A DNA stretch of 64,000 bases from Gammaproteobacteria bacterium (GTDB lineage: Bacteria > Pseudomonadota > Gammaproteobacteria > SZUA-152): the NCBI GenBank assembly GCA_021648485.1, contig JAKISS010000010.1, positions 485 to 64,484 of the forward strand, given 5' to 3'. Position 1 is the first letter of the stretch, and every line of letters starts with the position of its first letter. Positions 9,401 to 18,991 of this stretch are shown in pieces. Both the position numbers and the translations under genes were made by a program. The notes beneath the pieces were generated by a model, which did no database searches, had not been told where the DNA came from, and saw nothing but the letters and a program-made list of their open reading frames with translations.

Positions 9401-11021
9401 AGAAGCCATGCTCCGCAAACAGGAAATGGAAGATGTTGCACGCATTGCCAAAGAAGAGGCTGTACGAGCGCAACAGGTTGCCGAAAAAATGCGCCGGGAG
9501 GCGGAAGAGGAAATCAAACGTCTGAAAGCGGAAGCGGAAGCTTCACGGTTACAGGCTGAGCTGGAGCACAAACGTTCCATTATCGCTGCTCGGCGTGAGG
9601 TGGATAAAAATCAAATCAAATTGGCAGCACAGGCTAAGGCAAAAAAGGCCGCCGCCATTCAACAACGCAAAAAAGCCGATGCCGGTAAGGCACGCCGGAT
9701 CCGCGAAGCCCGCGAGGCAGCACTGAAAGCCATTGGTAAAAATGAAGAAAGTCTGGACGACTTTATGGAGTTGGAAGCCGCAGCGGAAGAAGTTGCCGAA
9801 GTGGAAAACGCGATTATTGTGGACGAAAAAGAGATTGCCGAACGTGCCAAAGACCGATCAAACCTGATTGATCCCCGGGAAGTGATGAAGGTCGAAAAAC
9901 AGGAACAAAAACGCCAATGGGTATCAGACGATTTTATCTGGGAAGCAACACTGGGCTATCGTGATGATCCACATGTAGATGCTATTGGTTCACCAGCAGA
10001 CTCTGTGGGCGTTGAAAACGAGCGCAATCGAAAAGCAGAAAAAATTGCCGAGGAAAAAGTGCGACAGGAAACGGTCACACAAAATCCATCAATAGCATTG
10101 GAAGATAAGCAGGCAACGCAAAAACCATTGTTTGAAACGCAGGAAATCAATCGGTCGATTCGACCGCAACAGGATGTGACAACGCGGAAGCCCAAACGAG
10201 GGCCAGGCGGGAGGTGGATGGCAAGCGCTGCGTTGTTTCTGGTGATTATTTCCGGGGTAGGCTGGTTTTATTTTTCTGGTGGTGATGCGCCAGAAAAATT
10301 GAGGGCTGTAGTCAATCAGGGGACAGAGACACTGGGCGAAATTACCGACAAAGTAACCTCAAGCATTGGTGAAATAGGCCAGTCTGAACCTGAAACGCCT
10401 GCCAGTTCCGATGTGGAGGATGTCAAAAGTAAAGAGACTATAGCGCGTTTGCGTGAACGCCTGGAATCAATCAAGGCTGAAGCAGCCCAAAAAACGAATG
10501 TGGAAACGGGGCTTGTGGTGGCACCCGTGGTGATGCCTGCTGTAGAGGTGTCTCCCATGAGTGAAGCCCCTGTGACTGAAGTGTCAGAGGAGGCACCATT
10601 AATGCCGAATATTCAGGCCGAAGAACCAGCAGCAACAGTAGAAAAACAAGCGGAAGAAATAATAGAAGAAAGCGCGCTGGAGACGGTTGATGATGTGATG
10701 AGGGCATTGAATACGCCAGAGGCTATTACCGGGACAGTGGAAGTTGAAGCAGCGGTGGAAACCATTGAACTCGAAGTGATAGAACCCGAAACAATGGATG
10801 CTGTGATTGAAGATGAGGTCAGCACAGTGGAGTCGGTGGATAGCTTACCTATTGTTGATAAAGTGACTGACGCTGATGAGAGCATCGCCGAAACAGCAGT
10901 CCCTGTTACCATAGGTGATGCTGTCGCGGAAGAACCAAGGGATACAATCCCGGATAGCGTGGATGTGTTGGTGCCAACAGAAGCGCTGCCAATAGAAAAT
11001 ATTATACCCGCCAGTCAGTAG
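6411..11021 (+). CDS. Giant multidomain protein: 2x cyclic-nucleotide-binding domain, rhodanese-like domain, ~730-aa charged coiled coil, one TM helix, acidic C-terminal tail
   Basis: Second cNMP domain carries GTGFGEEALISNGKRNASV. Rhodanese-like WLDVRKLAEYSRGSLPGARNI...IVFSDGGSRAAAA. A/E/R/Q repeats follow. TM helix is WMASAALFLVIISGVGWFYF (nt ~10215-10275), followed by an E/V/P-rich tail. Confidence 0.85.
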   Translation: MSAAKQLLDHKLLRSLSPLCDLSPDMLAELSDKSRVTQVVTGATIFKQGERDHRTLYLVAGKLELTDASGKTTKLVANSKQARQPLDSISPHTVTAVAKTPVSLLNIDTDLLEMLLNWGGKQQSYEVSSLAVEEEDTDWMSRFLQSKVFLKLRAENIQTMMMRMEEIKVRANTVVINQDDDDDNYYIIAKGKAKVARRVAPGAPLMKLAILTPGTGFGEEALISNGKRNASVTMMEDGTLMRLSKEDFISLLVTPILQYVSFDEAKAMTGPDVQWLDVRKLAEYSRGSLPGARNIQLAEMRLQLRKLNKLHKYIVFSDGGSRAAAAVFLLNQYGLDAFVLRDGLNAVSASALEKNASKSPAQTSIQATPQDVPTLKPEDNVVNLHGEATTSVESDGRVEALMSKAKQRVQQEMQRTQAADNARKQALAEVARLKEEAAIARKKAEDEARHAADHARSEAERAAAQKRADDLAAEQAEREAAVQRAEAETARAEQAMQAQKKAEEEIERLKQDAAQARRDMEAQARQSADTAKKETEDEIIRLKADAEMARRRVEEQARLAADAARSETERKMAQQRAEEVSRHQQEAESALQKAEIEAMRAQQAEAARQQAEDEAERMRTRAEETQREMEEQARLAADQARSEAERDAARQRAEDLAEQQEELEDAVSKAESEAARAQAAESEVERLTKLADEARLQAEAQARMAADQARSEAEREMAAQRAQEMGRLQAEREEMARRAEDEACRTRAAEDARLQAEAEIQRLKVDAEVARMQLEEQAQRVADAARSDAEREAMRAQAAEEARLQAVHELERLEAETEQTRLAAEAQARLAADAARSEAERAAASLRAEELAQQQAQLEEITRRAEEEATRAEEADAARQRAENEIIRRQAEAEEAERRAAEESNRAREAETARQQMEKEMAQLRAEAAAAREQVEKQARLFAAAQKIEAEEAQKNNLEAMDVERKKRETAEAVAQQQTQQQRETEILAEQERLSNAEAMLRKQEMEDVARIAKEEAVRAQQVAEKMRREAEEEIKRLKAEAEASRLQAELEHKRSIIAARREVDKNQIKLAAQAKAKKAAAIQQRKKADAGKARRIREAREAALKAIGKNEESLDDFMELEAAAEEVAEVENAIIVDEKEIAERAKDRSNLIDPREVMKVEKQEQKRQWVSDDFIWEATLGYRDDPHVDAIGSPADSVGVENERNRKAEKIAEEKVRQETVTQNPSIALEDKQATQKPLFETQEINRSIRPQQDVTTRKPKRGPGGRWMASAALFLVIISGVGWFYFSGGDAPEKLRAVVNQGTETLGEITDKVTSSIGEIGQSEPETPASSDVEDVKSKETIARLRERLESIKAEAAQKTNVETGLVVAPVVMPAVEVSPMSEAPVTEVSEEAPLMPNIQAEEPAATVEKQAEEIIEESALETVDDVMRALNTPEAITGTVEVEAAVETIELEVIEPETMDAVIEDEVSTVESVDSLPIVDKVTDADESIAETAVPVTIGDAVAEEPRDTIPDSVDVLVPTEALPIENIIPASQ
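7749..9000 (+). repeat. Diverged tandem coiled-coil repeats (period ~69-76 aa) inside the giant CDS
   Basis: The anchor motif (E/A)QAR(L/M)AAD(A/Q)ARSEAER recurs at nt 7749, 8073, 8301, 8508, 8736 and 8886. Codons differ between copies. Confidence 0.7.
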
Positions 11022-11042
11022 TCATCCCGGGGAGGTGCAGGT

Positions 11043-11564
11043 TTATTCTGCGGCAGGTATTGTTGCCGTTACGTATTCAAATGTGCTGGTGTGCAGGGTT
11101 TCACCATTCTCATTGTTTACCACGACCTTCCATGTGCCTGTCCATTCAGGTAGCAGATTCTTGCTGGAATAAACCCGCCAACGTGCCCCGGAGCCAACTC
11201 TAAAGGTGATTTCAGCCATGATCTGACCATTATGTTCCCAGCGATGGGTAACAATTTGTCTGTCGAGCCCACGCAGGTCTGTGAAGAAAAAAATCCGGCT
11301 GGTATCTGTCGAAAATGTCTCCAGTGCGTCTATTGGCTCTCTGTCAACAATGGCGGTGGTAAAAATGGCCCGTGCAACATGATCAGTTTTGTTTGCTACC
11401 GGGCTGACTGTTGCTGGCGTTATTGCCGTTGCTGTTTCAATCTCGCTTGCTGTTTTTTCCGCAATCTCTGCAAGACTGGGGGGCGTTATGACCACCCCGG
11501 TCAGTAGCGCCAACATCGCATTGCGGGTTATCCGTCCAGTGGAAACAAAGTAGGGGGCGAACAT
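11043..11564 (-). CDS. DUF2914-like secreted protein
   Basis: Signal-like N-terminus. The motif FTTAIVDREPID...THRWEHNGQ...RWRVYSSK...GTWKVVV matches my recollection of the DUF2914 domain. Confidence 0.55.
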   Translation of the reverse strand: MFAPYFVSTGRITRNAMLALLTGVVITPPSLAEIAEKTASEIETATAITPATVSPVANKTDHVARAIFTTAIVDREPIDALETFSTDTSRIFFFTDLRGLDRQIVTHRWEHNGQIMAEITFRVGSGARWRVYSSKNLLPEWTGTWKVVVNNENGETLHTSTFEYVTATIPAAE

Positions 11565-11763
11565 GAGACTGACTCCTTTGCTATCTTGTTTTGGGGTTTC
11601 TAGCCGGTATCGTGACCCGGGTTTTTAGTTATATATCGGGCGGTTGGCAGGATGAGTGTATCAGAGTTCGTGTGTACGGAAAGGGCTGATGGCATGGTTG
11701 GTAAAATTGCCGCTGAGGTGGCCTATTATTGAACGGCTATTTTCCGCTGAATTTATAGTGTTT

Positions 11764-12216
11764 TTATTTACACCATTGATCAGCGACTTTTTGTGCTTCA
11801 GTCAAACGTGTCTGAATGTCCGTATCGCTGAGAAAACGGCGCTCTCCCTGGTCGGTGATTTCATATTGGCGACCGCCAAGTTTCAGGCTGATGACGCGAC
11901 GTTTAGCACTGGAACAATTTTTATCCCGACGTTCTTTTTCTGCTGCTACCTTGTTCGCAGCCGCTTTTTTATCTTTGCGTTCTTTGGCAAAGGCATCCAA
12001 CAGTTTATTGGTAGCATCCTGTTGATTGACCGGTTGTGGAGCCGATGTGCGAGCCGGGTCTTTGGGCAGTTTTATTTGTGTGGCTTGTTGACTGGGCGGA
12101 CGTTCGCCGTAATGGGTGTTGCCGTCACTGTCAGTCCATTTGTAGATTTTACTGGCAAAACTCAGGGACGACAGGCATAACAGGAAAACAGTTGCCAGAA
12201 TAATCAGGTTTTTCAT
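11764..12216 (-). CDS. DUF4124 domain protein (secreted)
   Basis: Start moved to MKNLIILATVFLLCLSSLSFA (signal peptide). It is followed by KIYKWTDSDGNTHYGERPP, the DUF4124 hallmark. Confidence 0.65.
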   Translation of the reverse strand: MKNLIILATVFLLCLSSLSFASKIYKWTDSDGNTHYGERPPSQQATQIKLPKDPARTSAPQPVNQQDATNKLLDAFAKERKDKKAAANKVAAEKERRDKNCSSAKRRVISLKLGGRQYEITDQGERRFLSDTDIQTRLTEAQKVADQWCK

Positions 12217-12470
12217 GCATAACCTCATCAAGGGTGGGTGTTGCAGGGAGCATAGCGTGGAACAGGAGGCCTGTAAATTTAACGGCGCTTCGGATTCAGA
12301 CTTTAGCAGATTGTTGATCGCCAAATATTTTCAAAGAACATAAATACATCCACAATCGTTAAAACCCAAGCGTTAACCTCAACACACACAACTAAAACCT
12401 GCCCCTAACATTCCACGCGCACTTTTATGTAACCCATGGCATGCTTTATTTGCCCGCTAAAAATGGTTGC

Positions 12471-12496
12471 AAAAAAAAGCGCCCGGCAAAGGGCGC
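12471..12496 (-). terminator. Rho-independent terminator of glnK-amtB
   Basis: The minus strand reads GCGCCCTTTGCCGGGCGC followed by T8. It lies 47 bp after the amtB stop. Confidence 0.75.
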
Positions 12497-12542
12497 TTGA
12501 AGTTGTCTGTTCACGGACAGACTTATTGTTGTGTCGTTTAAG

Positions 12543-13826
12543 TTATTTATTGGTGAATTCGGGATAAGCCTCCATACCGCACTCGGTAAGATCGACTCCC
12601 TCATACTCTTCTTCTTCTGTGACGCGCACACCCATGATCATCTTGATAATCATCCAGGTGATGTAACTGACCACGAATACCCAGACCAGAATGGTAAACA
12701 TGCCCACGAGCTGGCCACCAAGGCTGGCACCGTCATTGGTAAGCGGTACAGCTAACAGACCCCATATACCAACGACACCATGCACTGAAATGGCACCCAC
12801 CGGGTCATCAACCTTCAGCTTATCCAGGCCGATGATGGCGAACACTACCAGCAGGCCACCGAAACCACCAATCAGAGTGGCTTCCAGGGCAGAGGGGGTG
12901 GAAGGCTCGGCAGTAATTGCCACCAAACCCGCTAACGCGCCATTAAGTGTCATGGTTAAATCAGCCTTACCGAACAGCAATTTGGCAACAATCAATGCAA
13001 CAATCACACCACCCGCTGCCGCCGCATTCGTGTTCAGAAACACCATGGCCACCGAGTTGGCATTGGCAATATCGCCCAGCTTGAGCACGGAACCACCGTT
13101 GAAACCGAACCAGCCCATCCACAGGATGAACGTGCCCAGTGTTGCCAAGGGTAGATTGGCACCCGGGATTGCGTTGACCGAGCCATCTTTGCCATATTTG
13201 CCCTTACGAGCACCCAATACCAGTACGCCAGCTAAAGCCGCCGCTGCGCCCGCCATATGCACAATGCCGGAACCGGCAAAATCGGAGAAGCCGAAATCAT
13301 CACCCAGGTTGTACATGCCAAACACAGAATTACCACCCCAGGTCCAGCTACCTTCCATGGGATAGATGAAGCCGGTCATCACAACCGCAAACAACATGAA
13401 CGCCCACAGTTTCATGCGTTCTGCAACGGCACCGGAAACGATAGACATGGCGGTTGCCACAAAAACCACCTGAAAGAAGAAATCAGATGCATTGGAATAC
13501 ACTGCACTTCCGTCAAAACCGGCTTCAGCGGATTCTTTTAATACCGTACCGACCATGGCATCTGTATTTTCAGCACCGTCCAGCACGATGTTGGCCAGGA
13601 ACATACCGCCGTCATACATGATGTCGTAGCCGATCGCCAGGTACATGGTGCAGGCAATGGCAAACAATACGACGTTTTTGGTGAGAATTTCTGTGGTGTT
13701 TTTAGAGCGAACGAGTCCCGCTTCCAGCATGGCAAAACCTGCTGCCATCCACATCACCAAGGCACCACACACCAGAAAATAAAAGGTGTCCATGGCGTAC
13801 TGCAAATGAAAAATATTAGCTTCCAT
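12543..13826 (-). CDS. amtB: Ammonium transporter
   Basis: Amt family multi-TM protein (FAGSGIVHMAGAAAALAGVLVLGAR...NGALAGLVAITA) directly downstream of glnK. Confidence 0.95.
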   Translation of the reverse strand: MEANIFHLQYAMDTFYFLVCGALVMWMAAGFAMLEAGLVRSKNTTEILTKNVVLFAIACTMYLAIGYDIMYDGGMFLANIVLDGAENTDAMVGTVLKESAEAGFDGSAVYSNASDFFFQVVFVATAMSIVSGAVAERMKLWAFMLFAVVMTGFIYPMEGSWTWGGNSVFGMYNLGDDFGFSDFAGSGIVHMAGAAAALAGVLVLGARKGKYGKDGSVNAIPGANLPLATLGTFILWMGWFGFNGGSVLKLGDIANANSVAMVFLNTNAAAAGGVIVALIVAKLLFGKADLTMTLNGALAGLVAITAEPSTPSALEATLIGGFGGLLVVFAIIGLDKLKVDDPVGAISVHGVVGIWGLLAVPLTNDGASLGGQLVGMFTILVWVFVVSYITWMIIKMIMGVRVTEEEEYEGVDLTECGMEAYPEFTNK

Positions 13827-13843
13827 TATTATTGCTCCCCGTT

Positions 13844-14239
<396 letters not shown>

Positions 14240-14378
14240 TTACTGATGATTGCTACTGGTTACCGCGAAGTTGCAGTCCGAAAGAGTTGTCCGGGTTTAT
14301 TGGATCTCATTATTTTTTTCATATTTTCTCCCCAAATTAAAAGTGTGTTAATGGATTGGAAAATCTCCAATTACACAT

Positions 14379-14394
14379 AGCATCGACTGTGCCA
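14379..14394 (-). promoter_or_regulatory. Sigma54 promoter of glnK-amtB
   Basis: The minus strand reads TTGGCAC-AGTCG-ATGCT, the same architecture as the site at 3484-3499. Confidence 0.55.
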
Positions 14395-14489
14395 AGATAT
14401 GTAATGGTATTTTTTTCAGTAAGTTATGATAATTTTACAGGTTCAGCTGATGTTGCTTTGCACTAAAATGAGGAGCTTGACAGCGGCGC

Positions 14490-14517
14490 GCACCATTGTT
14501 GAGCGCTATATTGGTGC
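14490..14517. promoter_or_regulatory. Candidate NtrC-type enhancer inverted repeat GCACCA-N16-TGGTGC
   Basis: The half-sites resemble NtrC TGCACC/GGTGCA halves and lie ~100-125 bp upstream of the sigma54 promoter. The spacing is non-canonical. Confidence 0.3.
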
Positions 14518-14702
14518 AGGCATTTTTCGGGCATGCAAAAATAGGCCATATTGGGAATTGCGTGGTGAATCACTGGTCAGCACCCGTCTTATCTCGTTAA
14601 GATAATATGTGGCTTAAATCTTGTGGGCACGATCACTTGCAGGATGTTAGGCGTGACAGATGCAACGTATCTGTTGAGATAATCATGAAGGAGGTCAGCA
14701 AG

Positions 14703-14960
14703 ATGTTTGAAAATCGTTTAGACCCGAAAAAACTGGATGAATTGGCTCGCAGCGTGCTGGACAAATTGCCTGCCGGTTTTCAGACCATGCAACAGGATAT
14801 GGAAAAAAATCTGCGGGCAGCCTTACAAGTCGCACTCGCCAAAATGGAGCTGGTGACCCGCGACGAATTTGAAGTACAAAGCGCGGTATTGCAACGTAGC
14901 CGCGAAAAACTGGCGGCGCTGGAAGCAAGAGTGACTGAACTGGAAAAACAACTGAAATAA
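14703..14960 (+). CDS. ubiK: Ubiquinone biosynthesis accessory factor UbiK (YqiC/BMFP family)
   Basis: MFENRLDPKKLDELARSV...VTRDEFEVQSAVLQRSREKLAALEARVTELE. AAGGAGG sits 8 nt upstream of ATG 14703. The gene is divergent from glnK, as in pseudomonads. Confidence 0.75.
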   Translation: MFENRLDPKKLDELARSVLDKLPAGFQTMQQDMEKNLRAALQVALAKMELVTRDEFEVQSAVLQRSREKLAALEARVTELEKQLK

Positions 14961-15048
14961 CTTTTCCCGGTAGATGCATATATTCGACAAGCTACCGGCA
15001 CTCCTGCCATGAGGTAGAATGCCACCAGGTTGTTACCGGTGGACTGCC

Positions 15049-16410
15049 ATGCCCAATTCAAACAAAGAACACGAGCACCGCACCAAACGATTGCAGGCGT
15101 TCACGGATTTGCTCCGTGATGGCACGCTTGCCCGCGTGAAACGCGAGTTGCATGAGTTGCATCCGGCAGAAATTGCTCATTTGCTGGAAGCTCTGCCGCA
15201 TGAGCAGCGTGATGCGGTATGGGAGCTGGTTTCAGCTGAGCAGGAAGGCGATGTGTTGCTACAAGTCAACGATGATGTGCGTGAGCGATTGATTCGTGAC
15301 ATGGACAACAGCGAGTTGCTGGCTGCTGCCGAAGGACTGGAAGCCGATGATCTCGCCGATATTCTCAGCGATTTTCCTGATGCGGTAACCGATCAGGTAT
15401 TAGAGGCTATGGATGCGCAGCACCGCGAGCGTTTGGAAGCCGTGATGTCTTACCCGGAAGACACCGCTGGCGGGCTGATGAATATCGACACTATCACTGT
15501 GCGTGCCGATATCAGTCTCGATGTCGTTCTGCGTTACCTGCGACGTATCGGTGAAATTCCGGAAATGACCGATCAGCTTATTGTGACCAATCGCGAAAAC
15601 AAATACCTCGGGCTGTTGCCACTGACAACGTTGCTGATCAAAAACCCCGATACGCTGGTCGCAGAACATATGGATCGTGAACGGGAGGCGATTCTCGCCA
15701 CCCTGCCGGAGCAGGAAGTCGCCAGCTTGTTTGAAAAACGTAATCTGGTGTCTGCGCCTGTGGTGGACGAAGACGGTCGGCTGCTGGGTCGTATCACCAT
15801 CGATGATGTGGTGGATGTGATTCGTGATGAAGCCGAGCATTCGTTGATGAGCATGGCGGGTCTCTCGGAAGAGGATGATATGTTTGCGCCCGTGGCTACC
15901 AGCTCACAACGCCGAGCTGTCTGGCTGGGTGTGAATCTACTCACCGCTTTGCTGGCATCATGGGTTATTGGCCAGTTCGATGCCACCCTGGAAAAAATGG
16001 TGGCACTGGCTATTCTCATGCCGATTGTTGCCAGCATGGGCGGCATTGCGGGTAACCAGACCCTGACGTTAGTCATTCGCGGTATGGCGCTGGGGCAAAT
16101 CAGCCGTTCCAATGCGCGGCGGTTGTTTAACAAGGAGCTGTTGGTAGGCGGGCTCAACGGGGTGATTTGGGCGCTGATCGTCGGCGGTATTGTAACGGCC
16201 TGGTTTGGCGATGCACAATTAGGTGGCATTATCGCCGCCGCAATGCTGATTAACCTGATTGTTGCTGCCATGGCCGGGGCGACCATTCCGCTGATGCTCA
16301 AGCGTGTCGGTATTGATCCTGCGCTGGCGGGTGGTGTGTTGCTGACCACAGTCACGGATGTCATTGGCTTTCTGGCTTTTTTGGGGCTGGCAGCCCTGCT
16401 GTTGTATTAA
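15049..16410 (+). CDS. mgtE: Magnesium transporter MgtE
   Basis: MgtE N-domain, tandem CBS domains, and a C-terminal TM domain (MPIVASMGGIAGNQT...TDVIGF). Confidence 0.9.
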   Translation: MPNSNKEHEHRTKRLQAFTDLLRDGTLARVKRELHELHPAEIAHLLEALPHEQRDAVWELVSAEQEGDVLLQVNDDVRERLIRDMDNSELLAAAEGLEADDLADILSDFPDAVTDQVLEAMDAQHRERLEAVMSYPEDTAGGLMNIDTITVRADISLDVVLRYLRRIGEIPEMTDQLIVTNRENKYLGLLPLTTLLIKNPDTLVAEHMDREREAILATLPEQEVASLFEKRNLVSAPVVDEDGRLLGRITIDDVVDVIRDEAEHSLMSMAGLSEEDDMFAPVATSSQRRAVWLGVNLLTALLASWVIGQFDATLEKMVALAILMPIVASMGGIAGNQTLTLVIRGMALGQISRSNARRLFNKELLVGGLNGVIWALIVGGIVTAWFGDAQLGGIIAAAMLINLIVAAMAGATIPLMLKRVGIDPALAGGVLLTTVTDVIGFLAFLGLAALLLY

Positions 16411-16437
16411 TATTTACGGTTATGGATAATTAAGCCG

Positions 16438-16875
16438 ATGCCTGCACCAGAAACACCCAAACTGACCGTCGATATTATTGTCGAGCTCATCGACCGGCCC
16501 GGTCGGCCCATATTGCTCATCGAACGTAAAAATCCGCCATATGGCTGGGCACTGCCCGGCGGTTTTGTCGATGTAGGTGAAAGCCTGGAGCAGGCTGCCG
16601 TGCGGGAAGCGGCGGAAGAAATTTCGCTGCCGGTAAAACTCATCACCCTGTTGGGGTGTTACTCGGAGCCGACTCGTGACCCGCGTGGTCATACCGTTTG
16701 TGCCGTATATACCGCCGAGGCCAGCGGCGAACCTCAGGCTGCTGATGATGCTGCGAACGTGCAGGTTTTTTTACCTGAAGATCTACCTTCACCTATGGCT
16801 TTTGATCATGCGTTGATTCTTGCGGATTATCTGAATTATCGGAAAAACGGCGAACGGACACCGTTGCGGGGTTAG
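16438..16875 (+). CDS. NUDIX hydrolase
   Basis: Nudix box GGFVDVGESLEQAAVREAAEEISL. Confidence 0.8.
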   Translation: MPAPETPKLTVDIIVELIDRPGRPILLIERKNPPYGWALPGGFVDVGESLEQAAVREAAEEISLPVKLITLLGCYSEPTRDPRGHTVCAVYTAEASGEPQAADDAANVQVFLPEDLPSPMAFDHALILADYLNYRKNGERTPLRG

Positions 16876-16998
16876 AGGCTGACAGAACCGTTCTTTAAAC
16901 ACTGGAAACAACCTAAAGCCCCTTTGGTGTCTGCCGATACCACCGGTATCAAACGAGCGCCTGGCCCATGCCGGTGACCACTTGCAAGGATTGCCACC

Positions 16999-18207
16999 GT
17001 GTCCGATTTTTTCATTGCCCGCCAACCCATCTATGATCGCAAACTGTATGTGTATGCCTATGAACTGCTGTATCGTTCCAGCGAAAAAAATTACGCTGAT
17101 ATAGTCGATGGCGACGATGCCACTTCCCAGGTACTGGTCAATGCGCTGATGGAGGTTGGGCTACCTGAACTGGTCGGGCAATCATTGGCCTTTATCAATC
17201 TCACTGAACGTTACATTGTGGAAGGCTTGCCGCCATCGTTGGCTCAGGACAATCTGGTGCTGGAGGTATTGGAAGACATCGAACCCACGGAGGCCGTGAT
17301 TACCGGTCTGAAAAAACTGAAAGCTGCGGGTCACGTCATCGTTCTTGATGATTTTATTTGTGATGGCAGCAAACAGGCACTGGTAGAGCTGGCAGATATC
17401 ATCAAATTTGATCTGTTCACTTTGCCGGGAGGCACATTAACCGAGCAGGTCAAAAAACTCCGCCCAACCGGTGTGCGTTTACTGGCAGAAAAAGTCGAAA
17501 CCCCGGAAGAATACGAATATTGCAAAGCGTTGGGCTTTGATTATTTTCAGGGGTACTTTTTTTGCAAACCGAAAATTGTTAAAGGCGCACGTACGCTGAC
17601 AAGCCGCATGGCCATCATGCAATTGCTGACCAAGTTGCAGAATCCTGAACTGGACTTCAGTGAACTGCAAACATTGGTGGCACAGGATGTTTCCCTGTCA
17701 TACCGGATTTTGCGTTATATCAATTCCGCGCATGTCAGTGTTGGGCGAAAAGTCGAGTCCATACAGCAAGCCATCAGTTTGTTGGGCCTCAACACCATCA
17801 AAACCTGGGTGGCGATCCTGGCCATGTCGAGTATTGATGACAAGCCTTACGAACTGATTCTTACGGCGTTGATTCGTGCGCACATGTGCGAAACATTGTC
17901 TGCTGACACGCCTGTATCTGCTGAAAACGCCTTCACTGTGGGCCTATTCTCAGCATTGGATGCCTTCATCAATAAACCTCTGGATGAAATTCTGGACACC
18001 TTACCGCTATCAGATACACTGCATCATGCTCTGTTGGATAAAACCGGCGAACTGGGGCAACTGCTGTCACTGGTATTAAGTTATGAGCGCGGTCAATGGA
18101 ACGATCTGAGTAACACACACTATAACGGCGGCACTTTGCGCACAGCCTATCTGGCATCGATTCGCTGGGCGGGTGAAATCAGTCATTCGCTGATCACCAA
18201 AAAATAA
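16999..18207 (+). CDS. EAL + HDOD domain protein (c-di-GMP phosphodiesterase-type signalling protein)
   Basis: EAL-domain residues are readable (YELLYR, FINL, LEVLED, VLDDF, IKFD, AEKVET, FQGYFF). A C-terminal HDOD-like region follows. GTG start. Confidence 0.8.
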   Translation: MSDFFIARQPIYDRKLYVYAYELLYRSSEKNYADIVDGDDATSQVLVNALMEVGLPELVGQSLAFINLTERYIVEGLPPSLAQDNLVLEVLEDIEPTEAVITGLKKLKAAGHVIVLDDFICDGSKQALVELADIIKFDLFTLPGGTLTEQVKKLRPTGVRLLAEKVETPEEYEYCKALGFDYFQGYFFCKPKIVKGARTLTSRMAIMQLLTKLQNPELDFSELQTLVAQDVSLSYRILRYINSAHVSVGRKVESIQQAISLLGLNTIKTWVAILAMSSIDDKPYELILTALIRAHMCETLSADTPVSAENAFTVGLFSALDAFINKPLDEILDTLPLSDTLHHALLDKTGELGQLLSLVLSYERGQWNDLSNTHYNGGTLRTAYLASIRWAGEISHSLITKK

Positions 18208-18396
18208 CGTTATCTGTCTGTCAACAAAGCTCAACCGAACAAAAGTCAGTCATCGCTCAGGTATTCAATAACCTGATGTCCCCGGAATTCTGACCCGCAC
18301 AAAATATGTGCAGAAATAAAAATCCCCGAACGACCCCGCCCGTAACTTGCGGTACAATCCGCTCTCATTTAAATCGGATGCATCAGTAATATTCTC

Positions 18397-18972
18397 GTGA
18401 CCAATCTACCCTTAGGCAAACACCGGTTTGAGCCCCGCTGGCAGGCGTGGTCACCTGTTGCCCGTCATGGCGCAACGTCGGAGTTGCTGGAGTGGTTGCT
18501 GGATTCCACTTCGTTGACCCGTCGCTTGCAGCAGACATGCCGGGGTCAGTTTCGTGTTGAACCGATTGAGCAACACTGGCAGCGACCGATGCTGAATGAG
18601 GCACAGGCGCTGGGCGTATTACCACATGAACGCTGTTTTGTACGCGAAGTGCGTTTATTATGTGATGATCAGCCATGGGTATTTGCTCGCACAGTGATTC
18701 CGGTGCGCACCTTGACCGGGCCCCGTCGCCGTCTGTCACGACTGGGTAAAAAACCATTGGGCGCGGTGTTGTTCGCAGATCGCTCCATGGTGCGCAGCGG
18801 CATTGAGGTTACGCGGTTGTCGCCAGATCAGCCGTTATTTGCGCGCGCCACAACGGGTTTGCCTCAATTGCCGACAAATATCTGGGGGCGGCGGTCAGTT
18901 TTTTTTCTTAACCACCATCCATTGCTGGTGAGTGAAATTTTTCTCCCTGCCATCTGCCCGCATCAGGGTTAG
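18397..18972 (+). CDS. ubiC: Chorismate--pyruvate lyase
   Basis: UbiC-sized protein immediately upstream of ubiA, ending in LVSEIFLP-type sequence. Confidence 0.7.
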   Translation: MTNLPLGKHRFEPRWQAWSPVARHGATSELLEWLLDSTSLTRRLQQTCRGQFRVEPIEQHWQRPMLNEAQALGVLPHERCFVREVRLLCDDQPWVFARTVIPVRTLTGPRRRLSRLGKKPLGAVLFADRSMVRSGIEVTRLSPDQPLFARATTGLPQLPTNIWGRRSVFFLNHHPLLVSEIFLPAICPHQG

Positions 18973-18991
18973 TCGGCTACAGTATCCGCTC

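Noticed and set aside
7700-9600. Whether the periodic repeats could be a CRISPR array or a DNA tandem repeat.
   Set aside because: The repeat units are not identical at DNA level and there is no repeat-spacer structure. The region is one uninterrupted reading frame, so the periodicity is at protein level.
12691-13365. 224-aa plus-strand ORF inside amtB. Likewise 15573-16364 (minus) inside mgtE, 19694-20470 (minus) across ubiA/yrbG, 46559-47437 (minus) inside the LysM gene, 51414-52025 (minus), 52578-53237 and 53925-54608 (minus) inside metH, and 38807-39445 (plus) across trkA/ntrX.
   Set aside because: Each is antisense to a CDS with unmistakable family motifs. Their own translations have no recognisable motifs and a skewed composition.
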